Positions 12,001-25,082 of a stretch of DNA of 64,000 nucleotides are shown in pieces; within the stretch, counting starts at the first letter, position 1; each line of letters opens with the position of its first letter. The translations under genes were made by a program, and so were the position numbers. Below the pieces are notes generated by a model. That model did not search any database. It worked only from the letters and a program-made list of their open reading frames with translations, and was not told the origin of the DNA. The DNA is from Styela clava (Eukaryota). The stretch lies in NCBI RefSeq assembly GCF_964204865.1, contig NC_135250.1:1426001-1490000 (forward strand), in the 5' to 3' direction.

Positions 12001-15000
12001 AATCACCTAATCCAGGATATATTCAAAGGGGTGAGCAACAAAAAGACCCCAGTCCCTACAATGGCTAGCAGCTCATTGCATGTTGATAAATATCAAAGAC
12101 TTGTTGATGATGGATTAATGCCGTAGAAAAACAAGCAGTACTCCCGTAGTATGTGTACCAGATTAGCATTAGGTCATAATTTGATTTTTCTTATTTTAGT
12201 TCTATTACGAGTTCGGGGACTGTCTGTGTTCGCCAAGTGAATATATCTCTTGCCAATAGTTTCAGCATCTTCACACAACTTGATGTGAAATAGGCGAACA
12301 AAAAAAGTTACCTCCATATTGGTACACATACTTCTGGAGTACCAAAAAATATTTTCAAGTAAATAAATAAATTCCCAACTCACTGAATATGTGTGAAACT
12401 TTTCTGGTTCTCCCTTCAATGCCGTATGAATTTTTCACTTTTATCTCAAAATCGTATTTCTTTCCCTCTCTTGCCTCCGGGACACTGAATGAAACTTCAT
12501 TTTTGTTGAAGACTGTGAAAGTTTGAAGATACACTCTGCGAAAAAAACCTCGTTTACTGAGTTTCACTTTGTATTTTAAATTATTCTCTTCTGGTTTGTT
12601 CCATCTAAGATGGATCTGCCCATTTTCTTCCTCAGTGCGCAGCTCTTTAATCGGAGAAATATCTAAACAAGAAAGAGGAGAGAATTCGCTTAAAGCAAGG
12701 GCACAATCGAAGATATTTATCCAATGATGCAAACCGCTGGGTCAGGGCTATTTAACCAAGTATTCGATTCGGGCCACACTTGATTCTTTATTTTGGATCA
12801 TCGGTCCAACTTTGGATACGTGAAGGTTTTCTCTGACCTAATGACTTTCATAGTTTTAATGGTCATTGTAAAATTTGCTTATATTTGCGCCAGACTATAT
12901 ATGAAAAGAACTGTAACACCGTAGAAATGTGCGTTTGAGGATGTCGAAATATAATTTCTGGAAAAATCGGACCGTAGTACCTAATTTTAAAAACTTTTTA
13001 GGCCGTGCCTTCTTTTTTAAATTTGTCAAGTCCCACGCCCTACCTCAAATATAAATAGCCAACAATATGCTACAAATAACAAATAATAAGGAGAAAATAT
13101 GTTTTATTCCAAAATCATGTTAAAAATATGTGAATGGGATGTAAATATCCAAAATAAAGAAATGTGAATAGTCGCAATAAGGCAGACGAAATCAAACATC
13201 CCAAATATTTTTGTTTTTAATTACTTTCATGCCCCATCGAAAAATGGTCCAGCATCTTTTTCAAAATCAGTGCTACCCATCAATTTTACAGAGCAAAATC
13301 CTGCATCAATTTAAAAAAGACTCCAGCAAAAATTGACTTTATATCTTGCATGCCAATGACTATACCTGAGTAAAAAGTTCCTTCTGCTGCAGATCCAACT
13401 AAGTTGAATAAATTCTTCGGTGAAACTTTAACAGTATATCTTGATGATGGTCTGCATTGTCTCAATGTAAATTCTTGGCAAGTGATATTGTTACATTCAC
13501 ACTGTAGTAGAATACCAATGTGGTATAAATAATGTTGAACAATTTAAAAAGAAAGACCATATTTCAATGTTATAGACGCAACCTTTAATACAGCAGGGCC
13601 AAATATAAATAACTGGTTGAAACCGTTGGGCGCATCTTTATTCAACATAGGCTTTCAAGTACTTGCAGTCATAAAAATTTTGATTGTTGATCTTATGACA
13701 TGCGTTGTTCACTTCTCACGAGCAATTGCAGCGCAAAGAAATTGAAATTATTGGCACGTACTAAATTAAACTAATTTAAAAACTCATTTTGTGGGCAAAC
13801 CATTTAAAATTGTCACTTCTTTGCAGGTCACACAATTTTTGCTTGTGGGCCACATTTGGCCTGCGGGCCGCAGGTTGCACACCCATGTCATAGTTGCATT
13901 GATACAGCCTGCAACTCAGTTACCATACATTTTCATTTTTTTGAACGACTCTTACTCTTTGCTTCATTTACATCGTACAAGGTCTTGTACAAGCAGCCAA
14001 TAAAAACCAGAATCTTTCTGGTTCAACAATGCCTACCCATTTATTATGGTTCTAAGAAAATTCGCCGCAGAAAATTTGCCATAGGAAAAAAGGCGCAAGA
14101 GCATCTAGCTGTAAACAAGTATTTGTGATAAAAACCGTTAGGTTTTTGAAGTACCTTTTTCTTTAAAAAAGATTCATTATTTAAGACCATACCCTAACTG
14201 TTTGTATCACAAATGCTTGTTTTACGGTAAAATGCTCTTGCGACGATTTTTCCTATGCAGCAAAATTTCCAGAGACGAGATATACTGCGGCAAAATTTCC
14301 AGAGGTAAATTTTTCGGCCACGATCTATTACACCCTGGTTGTGGTGGGGGCATAAAATTGGAGTTCAAGATAAAAAAGCATCATTGCTCTTACCTTCAAT
14401 TTATTTTCTCTATAAACTTTCACATCACAACTATTTATAGCTTTAGATTGTTTCCACTCGACCTTGAAGCTGGAACCAACAGCTCTGATTTTCAAATAAC
14501 GTACAGGAGGAGGAGCTAAAAAAAAAAATTGATGATAAAAATAGGATTTACAGATTTATCCTGGGGGAAGAAAAGCCGATAAGACGGCTCAATCATATGG
14601 CAAATCACGACCTCTCATCCGGTTACCATTCCATGTCGGGTATGGGATTAGTTAGTTAGGTGGCGAGCGAAATCCTAACGCATAGAGGTTTTGAGGTTTT
14701 AGGAAAGGCTTTTTATATTCATTCGCAAGAAATTGGGTAGTTTCAGCATACTGCAAACTACAGCCTATCGTTGAGATACAAGTCCATGTCAGATACGGAA
14801 ATAGTTAGATATTCATTTCAGACACACCAATTTGATAGAGGAGAGAGCTGTAAATAACCATTGGTGGCATAAATCACCATACGACAGCGAGGAATCAACC
14901 TGCCATATATAATTTCCCCTGCCTCAAGATTCAAACCTGCAAGCCAGGCAGATTAATCCAGGTTTGATGATAAGTGTGTTCCTGACACTTATTCTGATGC

Positions 15001-17525
15001 AGCAAGAGCAGAGCCAAGCAAATTTTAAAAATGGTCAATGGGTAGATGATTGTGTAGATTGTTTATTTATGTAAAATAATAAAATCTGGGATACGGCCTA
15101 TGATAGAAAGAACCAAGAGTTTTACTAATCCCATCAGATTAAACTCCATACTTATCACCTCACCCGGGGAGGGTGTAATGAATGAAAGGTAGAGTTATAG
15201 CTGAACTGAATAGGCTGCACCCCCCCCCCCCCCTCCTCAAAAAGAAATAAATAAACGTTTTTTCTATAGATCAGTGCCTGCTTGTCTACGGCCTTGTTTA
15301 AAATGAAAAATAAACTATTGAAAATATCCTTCATCACTTACGCAATGCAACTTCTGTTTCCACTGGTTTGCTGTATATTCCATTTTTGTCCTTTACTTTA
15401 ACCTCGATGCGATAAGGTTTAGAAAGTTTGCAGTGGCGTACACAGAACGCATTTCTGTTTAATCTCTCAAGTACCGGTGATATCAACTTCTTGTCCATGA
15501 ACACTTCTATCTTATATTTTTCAAATTGCCATTCTGGTGTGTCCCATGTCACGTTAATTTGGTCTCCATAAACCGTTGCTTTGAGATTTTTCAGCTTATC
15601 GGGTCCTGAATTTTAAAACAAGTTTTATTTAATTTAGAACGTAGGTAATTTTGTATGTGGGAATCTGGAACAATATTATTAAATTTAACATTGTCCTGCT
15701 CGGTAGAGAAAAAATGAGTACAAATCAGTGCTTATTATAGGGATTCAATTTACGTAATTTCAGAAAGGCGGGCTTTTTTACAGGAATATGGCGCATCCAC
15801 AACTAATCATGCTGTCCATGGTCCAGTTCTTATAATTGAAGTAATGCCTCACAATCGTTCCAATTGGTTTCTGTAGCTCTGAGCATTTAAGTAATCGCAC
15901 ATAGCATAGCTCTGAGACCTGTCTACTTTACTCTTGAGTGAGTGCGCATTATCTTGCTGTGGAAAATTTCTCTTGAAAATTGAAAAATGCTTAAATACGC
16001 CAAGTACATGAAAAATAATAAATTGCATATTCCATTCTATATAGCAGTGGTTCCCAACCATAGCCATGGCTCCCAAAGGGGACCCCAGAGCAGTTGAAGA
16101 GGGACCACAGGCAAAAGACTGATTTTAGTTTTTCCTTAACATGAAACTGCCCTGATGCTTTCACCTTGTTGCATTGTTTGAAAATAAAGAGATTTGTAAT
16201 TTATCAATCATTATAACACTATCAATACCAATGAAATGATAAACATGGGGCCATGAGTGCTAAAAAACTCATGTTGGTAGCCCCTAGCCCTACAAGGTCC
16301 AGAACCACTGCTATATTGTATCATATATCACTGAATAAGCACTTAGAACCTTGATTCGAACAATTTTCACTGTAAACAGTGGCATATCTAAGTTATGGCA
16401 ACTGTGGCTGGTGTCATGGGGACCATTTTATAAGATACACCAACGATTTTAAATATTGACTTACGAGTGTACACAATATTAGACAAGGATGGTTTTGTAT
16501 TAAAATCTTCATTTTCAATCCAAACTTTGAACTGATAACTTGATGAATGTTCTGTAGATTTGTACTCGAAAAAATTCCCAATACATTCCCGTTCTTCTAA
16601 CTGAAAATTAAAAAAATTAAAATTATTTTATCTTAAATTGCCCATTTTTTGACCAGACTCTTGTAGCAAAACAGATTTTCATCCAATGACCACTCCAGAT
16701 TGAGTCGGATAGCATGTTCAGTTCTTAATTATGCATGGAGTTGATTGGTGAAACAAGCCTTGAGTAATCAGTGTGGGCTGTGGGGTGCAGAAAGATAATT
16801 ATCATAAATAAATGAATCATTATCATAAATAAAAAAACTTGGAAGTCACCTCCAGTCCATTTTTGAAAATTTGTGTAAACACGTCTGCAGAAATGCCACG
16901 TACTGGTTTCCATGAAACAATGATAGATGAGTCTTCCTCAGATAGATTTGCTTTTAAACCATGGATTTCCAAGTCTATATATAAATTGGGGGTAAACTTA
17001 TTACCGTAGGTTTCTTAACTAAAATATAGCTGATATCATCAATCCATGCATCTGAAACAAATAATTCCTTATTCCTATTCCTGACATGGACCAAACGATA
17101 GACCGTGTTTTGCAATATGAATAAGCTGTCTTAGGATGGAGAGAGGAAAACTGATAAGACGGCTTAACCATATGGCAAACCACGGCCTCTCGTCCGGTTA
17201 CGATTCTATGTCGGGTATGGGATTAGTTAATTACTTGTTTTTTCGGAAGCATGGTGGAGGAAGTCGTATCCGACCAGCGGTTACGTGAGCAGTCCTACGG
17301 CAACGAGGAATCAGAGGCGAGCATATTCCTAACGCTCAGCACAATGAGCCACACCTTCACGCGTCTTATCGGCTTTCTTCTCCCCCAGGATAAATATGTA
17401 AATCCTATTCTAAATCATCGGGAGAAACTGTTTCAAACAAATAATTTAGAAAAAATAGTTTAAGGTAAATAATTACCTGGAAGAAGTTTGTCTTTGTCTT
17501 TATTTGCAGACTGACAGCAACCCAT
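9040..17525 (-). CDS. Predicted N-myristoylated/palmitoylated protein, 577 aa: MGCCQS - 4x FN3 - UPA-like beta domain - N/H/V-rich RHIM-like tail (paralog A)
   Basis: Ten phase-compatible GT-AG exons 17525-17477, 16974-16850, 16600-16465, 15605-15342, 14515-14394, 13501-13366, 12662-12384, 11595-11206, 10394-10239, 9116-9040 sum to 1734 nt with an open frame from MGCCQSANKDKDKLLP to ..GESSGSSNAAFE*. FN3 hallmarks occur in four repeats. No signal peptide or TM segment seen. Confidence 0.85.
9201..9570. mobile_element. hAT MITE
   Basis: TIR CAGGGGTGTGCAA / TTGCACACCCCTG; perfect TSD ATGTAGAG. Confidence 0.9.
9665..10035 (+). pseudogene. Tc1/mariner transposase N-terminal remnant (frameshifted)
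   Basis: TA-CAAGGTGTCTCAAA TIR-like start; WQEAYKSVRQTQRLFNREFGINSAPTRRTI / AIHHKCMETGSVVYAQRSGRPRSGRSGENI (HTH plus GRPR motif). Confidence 0.75.
10405..10741 (-). mobile_element. Full-length older SINE copy in an intron of FN3 gene A
   Basis: Aligns over its full length to 3103-3444, with several CpG-type transitions. Confidence 0.9.
16045..16310. mobile_element. hAT (Charlie-like) MITE
   Basis: CAGTGGTTC...GAACCACTG; TSD CTATATAG / CTATATTG. Confidence 0.8.
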
Positions 17526-19184
17526 AGTGTTACATGTTAAGGCTCACATTTTAATACTAAAACTGTAAAGGTACTAAATAAAGACGGAAAATTTAGGAAC
17601 AATTCACACTTGGAACGAGGGGCAACAAAAGAATAAGATTCGAATAATAGGGACTATGTTACTAGCTGTTATTACAATTTCCCAAGGCATAAGAAATAGG
17701 AAATGATCAGGCATTTAAATAAAACTAAGTTGCACCTACAACACAGCACCCATGTCGGATTTTATTCGTAATAAAAATGCGAAGGCATTTAGAATTTATT
17801 TATTAATTTTGCTGACTTCGTGTTCAATTATCACATGACTTCGCAGTTGTTTACCTCAATCAAGTTATTGGTTTGCTTCAAATGTGGCCGATGCAAACAA
17901 ATCCCAAACGATAAGCATAGCCACCTTATGTTTGCTCAAACAGTGCAGTTGTTTATGCTATACACGTTCGTGTTTCTTATCTTTCTTTATACATGCTTGT
18001 GTGAGTTAGATAGATGGGCGCCAAGTTCACTGTTTCATTGTTCATACAACTCTAACCAAACAAAAAAAATCCTATTGAGGCTCATGGTATGTTTTTTCTC
18101 TTTTTTGTTAATTGAACTTGCATGTTCTTTTGACCTGTCTACTAATTATACTTAGAGAAATCTAACAAAGAGCCGACATCTTATGGAAAGAAATCCTCGG
18201 ATGTTCTCGGGCTTAAATTATTATTCATCGCTTACCCGGGGAATACCCCGGGTACGTTTGCGGTAGAGCTATTTGGGAACTTCTGGGAATGATTGGATAC
18301 AATGTGAACATACCAATCGTTTTGCCAACTTTTTATTGTTCTTGTTGTTGATAAAGTAAAAAATAGCCTTCATCCGTAACTAATGGAACAGCTGATTTCA
18401 AATTTTTGGTACGTATAAATAGTCGCTATATGTCAAGTCCACGCGCCTGGAAACAAATAACCGGGCTACCCGTATCTAATCTCATACCCGACATGGACTG
18501 GTAACCACGTCCCTCGTTCGGTATATGATTAAGCCGTCTTATCGACTTTCCTCTACCTCGGGATAAATATGCAAATCCTGTTCTATTGTAAAAATTTGAT
18601 TCAGTCCTAGTGACAAAATAAATTACTGAATATGAAAAACTATCTCTCGTGTTTTTTCACTGTTGGAAGAGACAACCGTCAGGATATAAGAATCAAAAGC
18701 TGCGTCCCTGCAATGATGAATCCATTCCAACACGACCAAAAAACGATTCGAACAACGAAATTTATTTCAGAAACAACAGACAAAACAACAAAATTATCAA
18801 AAATGACAGACAAAAGCTAAGCACTGAACATTAAACTAACAATAATGGCAGTAATAAAATGTTTCACGTTTATCAGGAATAATATTGTAATCCAACAAAC
18901 AAATAAATTCATAACCGCTCTGATGAGTGGCCACTGATAAATATGGCACCACTATGTACCATAGAGGGTGTTTACCTGTTCAGAAGGACATAACGAAAGT
19001 CTACTAACCCTTGGGACAGCAGGGCTTGGGGTTCCAACCTTAATCTGCAAACCGCATGCTAAATTCTAGAAGAGAATTGCTGTTAGGCTTACCATAGTTT
19101 GTACATTGGTAAATAATAAGTTTCAAAAATATTAACAAAAAGGGATGAAACAGGATTTCTGAGAGTTCCACATAATGAAATGCT

Positions 19185-19294
19185 GGACCTCCTGAAGTAT
19201 GCGCACCAAGATAGCGCACAACCTGAACTCAGGTTGTGTACCAGGTTAGGGTTCAGGTTGTCCGACATCTTGGTGCGCATACTTCAGGCGTACC
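19185..19294. mobile_element. Short palindromic MITE, related family
   Basis: CCTGAAGTATGCGCACCAAGAT...ATCTTGGTGCGCATACTTCAGG; TSD GAAATGCT. Confidence 0.85.
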
Positions 19295-21082
19295 GAAATG
19301 CTAAATCATTCACCAAGTAAACAGCAAAAGCATGTTTTTATGGAATCACACAAAATTCAACAGAAAAGGACATCGACCATCAAAAAATCACCCATAAGAA
19401 TTCAAGAACTCATAACTACTTTAAAAGTATAATTTTAATAAGATGTCATACATCTTGCTCGAAACAAAGCTCTAGGAAAGCAGCCACCCAAAACATCAAA
19501 AAGATTTTTTAAAATATGAACCCCCATTTTATATATCACAGCTTGAACGCTGTGAAAAATGCCTCGGCTTCAGGATTTGAATTTGATGTCTGCCTTGCGT
19601 TCTCAACATATATGAGTAATGCACTGAACTAAGGTTCCCACATACACGATATGATCAGTCGCACACATTCAAAATACAGAACAAATAATAGTAGCAAGAA
19701 CAGCCAAGACTAAATAATTACATTTTCAAAATACTTTCTAAAATAATATTTCTGAATATTGAATGCATTCCAAATTTTGTCAAACACCACATAGAAAGCA
19801 AAGTTTTGTCAATGAGTGTGAATTTGGAAATGCAGGAAAGTTGCAGTTGGAAAGTTGATTGATTTGTCATTTTTTTTACAATTTTGAATATAATTTATTT
19901 TTAATTAATTTGAATCGGTTTGGACAGCCCTGCCTAAGATGCATAAGCTTTTATCGCTGTAAACCAATGGTTCCCAATGTTAATTGACCGGGCTTAAATT
20001 AGAAGCAGAAAGATATGTGCAGGCCAGTAGAGGAGGCGCCCGCAAGGGACCGATACCGGTATCAGTACAATTGAGTTGTGACGAATATACTTGTGCTTGA
20101 ACTGTGATAATGACGTAACAATTGACATGATCTATTTTTTATTTGTGGGCCATATTAAATCACCATGTGAGCCGTAACTGGCCAGCTGGCCGCATTTCAG
20201 GAATCACTGCTGTAAACCAAAATAGATGCATATAGCAGTACTCAACATTGAAACAAACAGTACAATTATTTTTTCATTGTTTGGCACACAGGCAAGCTTA
20301 CAATCAGCAGATAACAAATAAAAGCTCAGAGCAGCAGTTGGGTGGGGGTGTCCATAAATAATAGTGGTTGATATTCTATCAATTTTCTTAAATTTGAAGA
20401 GGATGCTTGAGCACTCTATGAATGCTGAGCCACTACTTTTATTTTCCATGCATATTTAAAGGGAAAAATCAAAAATTTAAATAAACTGTGTTGTCAGTTT
20501 TACACAAGTAACAATTTCCCATTTCTTACAAAGGCAGTTCTGGTAGGTAGTAAAAAAAGCAAAGCAAAGGAGAGACGTAGCCTGATTAGGAATAAACTCT
20601 AATTCAGAAACCATTGGCTTTAAACTATATAGTTTGATTGAATACTGATATTTCAGCCATATTCCAGCTTCGATGTAAATTAGTAATCCATTTCAAAATT
20701 GATAAAATGGGAACAAAAAGTTTTATCTAAATTCATGAAAACACCTTTAAAAATATCATTCGGTTTTATTTGCAAAATCTCTGGAACAAGCTATAACTGG
20801 TCTCTTGAACAAGAGATAACAAGTTACCCAATCCATTGAAATTGAGTTACCTAATACCCTCAAACAGGGGATACTCAATATAACTGAGTCCCATGAACAA
20901 GAGCTAAATGTACAATGTCCCTTGAACAGAAAAAAAATGACAAGTCCCAGAAACAGGGGACAAATTAAGTTAGCGAGCCATGTATGTTTTCCCATTTTAG
21001 TATCACAGAATTGCTTTTTTGAATATCCTGTAAGAACCACTCTTCAAGCATAAACGACTGCAACAGAAGCAACAGAAGCTTT

Positions 21083-23027
21083 TCAGCACATTTGTTGAAT
21101 CTTTTCATCAATGTCATCTATCAGTGACTTTAAATTTTGCCACTGCTCGGCTGGGAGGCTGACACCTGGATGTATAAATTAAAAAACATTTAAATTTGGA
21201 AGGGAAAGAGTAGTACTTTTCACATCAACCTTGATCATGCTAAAAATTGAGAGCACTTCAGAATAATTTTGTCTATAAAAACGTTGGCATTTTTAGTTCT
21301 AGTTGAAAGGTTAATTTAGGAAATAAAACATAAGCCAATTATTTGGAATCTGCAGTCAAATGCTGGTATATCAAAATAAAACCATATAAAACAATGCAAG
21401 AGCTCTTCAGATTTCAGTGGTAACCTGTAACTTTGCTCAGTGATGAGTCTGCTCTTCTTCTGAGTGATTGCACATGAAATTGCTTCAAGCAAATTCCTAT
21501 CAAAAATTACAGTTAAAATAGTTCACCAACCTTTCCTTCCTGGAAATAATTCTCCATCTTTTTCATAATGTTCACGAATATCAACATAAATTTTATTCTT
21601 GAATTCTCTCACGGTGACGAATTTCATTTTACCAATCTGCAATCAAAAGCTATAGTTATTCCCGACTGTTGAAAGTGGCAAAGTTAACATCTTTCATCAA
21701 ACCTTATGTGCCAAAAGCAGTGGTTCCCAAACAGTGGCTCGTGGGCCAATTACGGCCCGCATAACAAATTGAAATGGCCCGCTAGATAGGACCGTGAAAT
21801 GGTTTAACACTTTATGAACGCTAAAACTGAAACTCAGCGAAATTCCACTTGATGTGTTTTGGATTTTCATAAAAGAAAAATATAAGCACATTTCCAATGC
21901 AGCTATTGAAATATTGCTCCAGTTTTGCACTACTTATGTGTGCGAACAAAGCTTTTCCTCTTTATTACTGATCAAAAACGATCAACGATCCTGTATAAAA
22001 GATGTTGACGGCGAACTTCGAGTTGCTCTTTCACGTATTGTGCTCATTAAAACAACCACAAATCTCTCATTGAAATATAAACATAAAACAAACTTGCACT
22101 TTGTTTTTTTCGTTTGTTGTGGTGTGCCGTCGAATTTGGCAAGATTTATAAGTGTGCCCAAGTTTAAAAAGGTTGCGGAGCACTGTTCTAGATACTATCT
22201 AGGTTATTATCACAGTTTAAGCATTTGAATATTCGTAACAATTCAATCACACCAGTATAACAATTATACGTAACGGTATTACGGTAACATACTGTTCGGG
22301 ACCTTGCTGTTGCTTCCAACGCCTGGTGCGCGAATATCAAGTAACCAGGTATGACACTAGACTGAAATGCGTATAACAACTTTCTAACAAAAATGGACCA
22401 CATGACAAAATTTTAATCTTACCGATAATTTTTCTTCTTTATTACCATCCTGTTGTCTGCTATTCCCAGCAGGTCGCTTTGCTTCAGGTGCCGCTGTATC
22501 TGCTTGTTTGCGCTTTGTTGCAGATTTCTTCTGTTCTCTAAAAATAATTTTATTCTAATTTATTCTTTTTAATTACTAATATCTGTAAGCAACAATATAT
22601 ATGTGATATATATATAGGGTGTCTCAAAATAAATAAAACTGATTAATTCGATTACCAATTTTGTGCAACAATATAAATATATATAATACAATGAAGATGC
22701 ATATATATAATATAAAGTCTTAAAATACCAAAACTGAAAAAGGCCTTTAAATACAATCCTGATGTTGTAAAATCATGAGAGAGCCTATAGTGGTCGCTTA
22801 TACCTTTCCTGCCGGTAAACAGGAAGGAACTTAAGACAGAAATATTCTAGTTCTCCTTTACAGTAGCACCCGTCCTATTAGTTGATGCTTGTGTAGAACT
22901 TTGCTCAGAGTAGACATGACTTAAGAACAGAAATAATTGAAGCATCTTACTTTCTCAGCTTTGCTTTTATCTTTTTCTCATTTTCAGAATCACTTGAGTC
23001 TGACAAAGCTTCCCCTTTGCCTGACAT
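21083..23027 (-). CDS. SUB1: Activated RNA polymerase II transcriptional coactivator p15 (PC4), 126 aa
   Basis: Exons 23027-22951, 22537-22423, 21636-21531, 21165-21083. Ser/acidic N-terminus ([10 protein letters not shown]), Lys-rich linker, and PC4 domain [58 protein letters not shown]. Confidence 0.95.
21718..22185 (+). mobile_element. hAT (Charlie/Buster-like) deletion derivative with C-terminal transposase dimerisation-domain remnant, in SUB1 intron 2
   Basis: Ends CAGTGGTTCCCAAAC / GGTTGCGGAGCACTG; translation [64 protein letters not shown]. Confidence 0.85.
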
Positions 23028-23109
23028 TTTATTTGGCTATTTGTTTGATTTATCTGGCAAATAGTGTAAAGTAAAAAAGAGTGAAATAAATTAATGTAGT
23101 AGACTATAG

Positions 23110-23422
23110 CAGGGCTACTTCGCTGGCGGACCGCAGTCTATATCCGGACCTTTGGGTATTCGATTCGGACGCACCTAATTCTTTATTTTGTATCCTTATC
23201 CCCACTTTTGAAGTTTTCTTTTATAAAATGACTTTTATATGTTTGAATATATATGAAAAGAACTATAACACCATAATAAACAATCTTAATTAGCTAATAA
23301 TAATTAGCCCGTCGAGGAAGTGCACGTTTAGGGATGCGAAACATAATTTATGGAAAGACCGGATCCAAATAATTTTGAAGTTTTTTATGCGGATCTTCAG
23401 TGAAAATAGTTGAGTAGCCCTG
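23110..23422. mobile_element. hAT MITE
   Basis: CAGGGCTACT...AGTAGCCCTG; TSD GACTATAG / GGCTATAG; related fragment near 12743-12990. Confidence 0.8.
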
Positions 23423-23869
23423 GGCTATAGTATTTTATACCCGCAGGGCAGGCATTAGTGATCAGGTTAGAATACATTCTTGATCCCAAATAGTCAACAA
23501 AAAGGTCATTTCATAAAAGGTAGTTTATCTTTACCCATACTGAAAATACATACTATATAAACAGAATATAAAGAAGGAACTAAAATGACTAAGTCCTAGA
23601 GTGAGACACAATAAAACTAGTATATAAAATGCTAGGAGTTATCGCCCATAAATATCCTGTGTCCAAGGAGACGCGTGATTAGGGGGAATTTGAATTGATC
23701 ATCGCCCATACAATCATGCTAGAATTGAAAGAAATCTAAATGCATGAAGGTCCTTCCATAAAATGCAAATTTTTATTTGTCAGTATCAGTGGATACTGAA
23801 GGAGACCAAGTAGAAGACCAAACACCGCACATGTTGAATGTTTCAAATATAGAGTTATACAGAAGTTTC

Positions 23870-24107
23870 AAGGCTCCCGAAGTATGCGAACCAAGATGGC
23901 GGACATCGGAATGTAATATGTGTACTAGGTTAGGGTTAGGCCATAATTTTAGGTATAAATACTACGGGAGGCTCTTGGCTAGTCTTCGAACTGATAATAA
24001 GACCAAAATAAAGGAAGAAAATAAAAAAAATTATCGCCTAACCCTAACCTGTTACCCATGTTACGTTCCGATGTCCGCCATCTTGGTTCGCATATTTCGG
24101 GAGCCCC
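23870..24107. mobile_element. Palindromic MITE, same family as 36523-36747 (opposite orientation)
   Basis: Same TIRs; TSD GAAGTTTC. Confidence 0.9.
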
Positions 24108-24791
24108 GAAGTTTCTATAGAACAGTGACCATTGTTTTGAGGGGTTAAAATTTGAAACACGAGAAGTGAATGTTGCACTTTGTTTTTAGCTTGGTTTGTT
24201 CAGCCCGATTACAGGCAACAGTAATTGAGCCATCTGCATAGCCTACTTTTATTTTAAATAAATTCTTAGTGCTTTAACCTTTGTGTGCTGCTAATATCTA
24301 GTACAGTGGTTCCCAAGGGGTGCGCAGCGACGCACTAATATCGAACATGAGTGATTTTTTTTAGTATTTTAAAGAAAAATCAGCCAGAGCCTTTATTCCT
24401 TAGGCCTACATGTTTACAAACTTCAAAAAGCATGAGGTACACATTTATGATCACAAAACTTAGTTTCATTTAATAGCGGCATTTTTTTCGTGCAAGTGCG
24501 CCATGCCTTTTTTTCTGATAATTTTGCATCATGCGAACAAAAAGTTTGGAAACAGCTGTCTCAGTGAATTAAGGCCCAGTCCCCAGTATTCGTGAAACTC
24601 ATAAGTTGTTGGCGAGATAATGAACCAAACTTGGGTAACAACAGTCAGATTCCCCATTCTGGGGAGTAAAGCAAATTCTATCTCAGCTAAATTCCACTAA
24701 CATCTCTTCTCAACTGGTTTCCTAACTGGTGAGGTGAGGATTCCTCCTGAAGGATTATTGTTCTTGGGGAGGAAGCATTGGTTTATAGTAA

Positions 24792-25082
24792 TTACTTATC
24801 GATCTTGATCGGTAAGTATGTTGATAGGTATTTGTCTGTCTGTATGTCTGTACGGTAGATGCACGCGATATCTCACGAAAGCGAGGTTTAATCTGCTCCA
24901 AATTTTGCAAGTGCATTCATCTTAGAAGCACATTGATTTTGAATGGATTATGTCGTATAATTAGCGAGGTATTAATTAATTAGTGATGGGACACACGGTG
25001 TCACTATGGAGTAAGACCACTGTTTTGGGGGATCCCCTAAAATCGATCGATAAGTCTTGGGGTTTTCAACCGAATTCTAGTT
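24792..25082 (+). mobile_element. Helentron-associated / DINE-1-like non-autonomous rolling-circle element
   Basis: 5' subTIR TTACTTATCGATC, GTCT microsatellite, core tagatgcacgcgatatctcacgaaagcgag, 3' inverted GATCGATAAGTC, short stem-loop, ends CTAGTT; no TSD. Confidence 0.7.

Noticed and set aside
21434-21470. C/D-box-like motif (GTGATGA...CTGA) in SUB1 intron
   Set aside because: It is antisense to the host gene and far too short for a snoRNA.
23928-23942. Interstitial telomere (TTAGGG)
   Set aside because: Only about two units, embedded symmetrically within a MITE.
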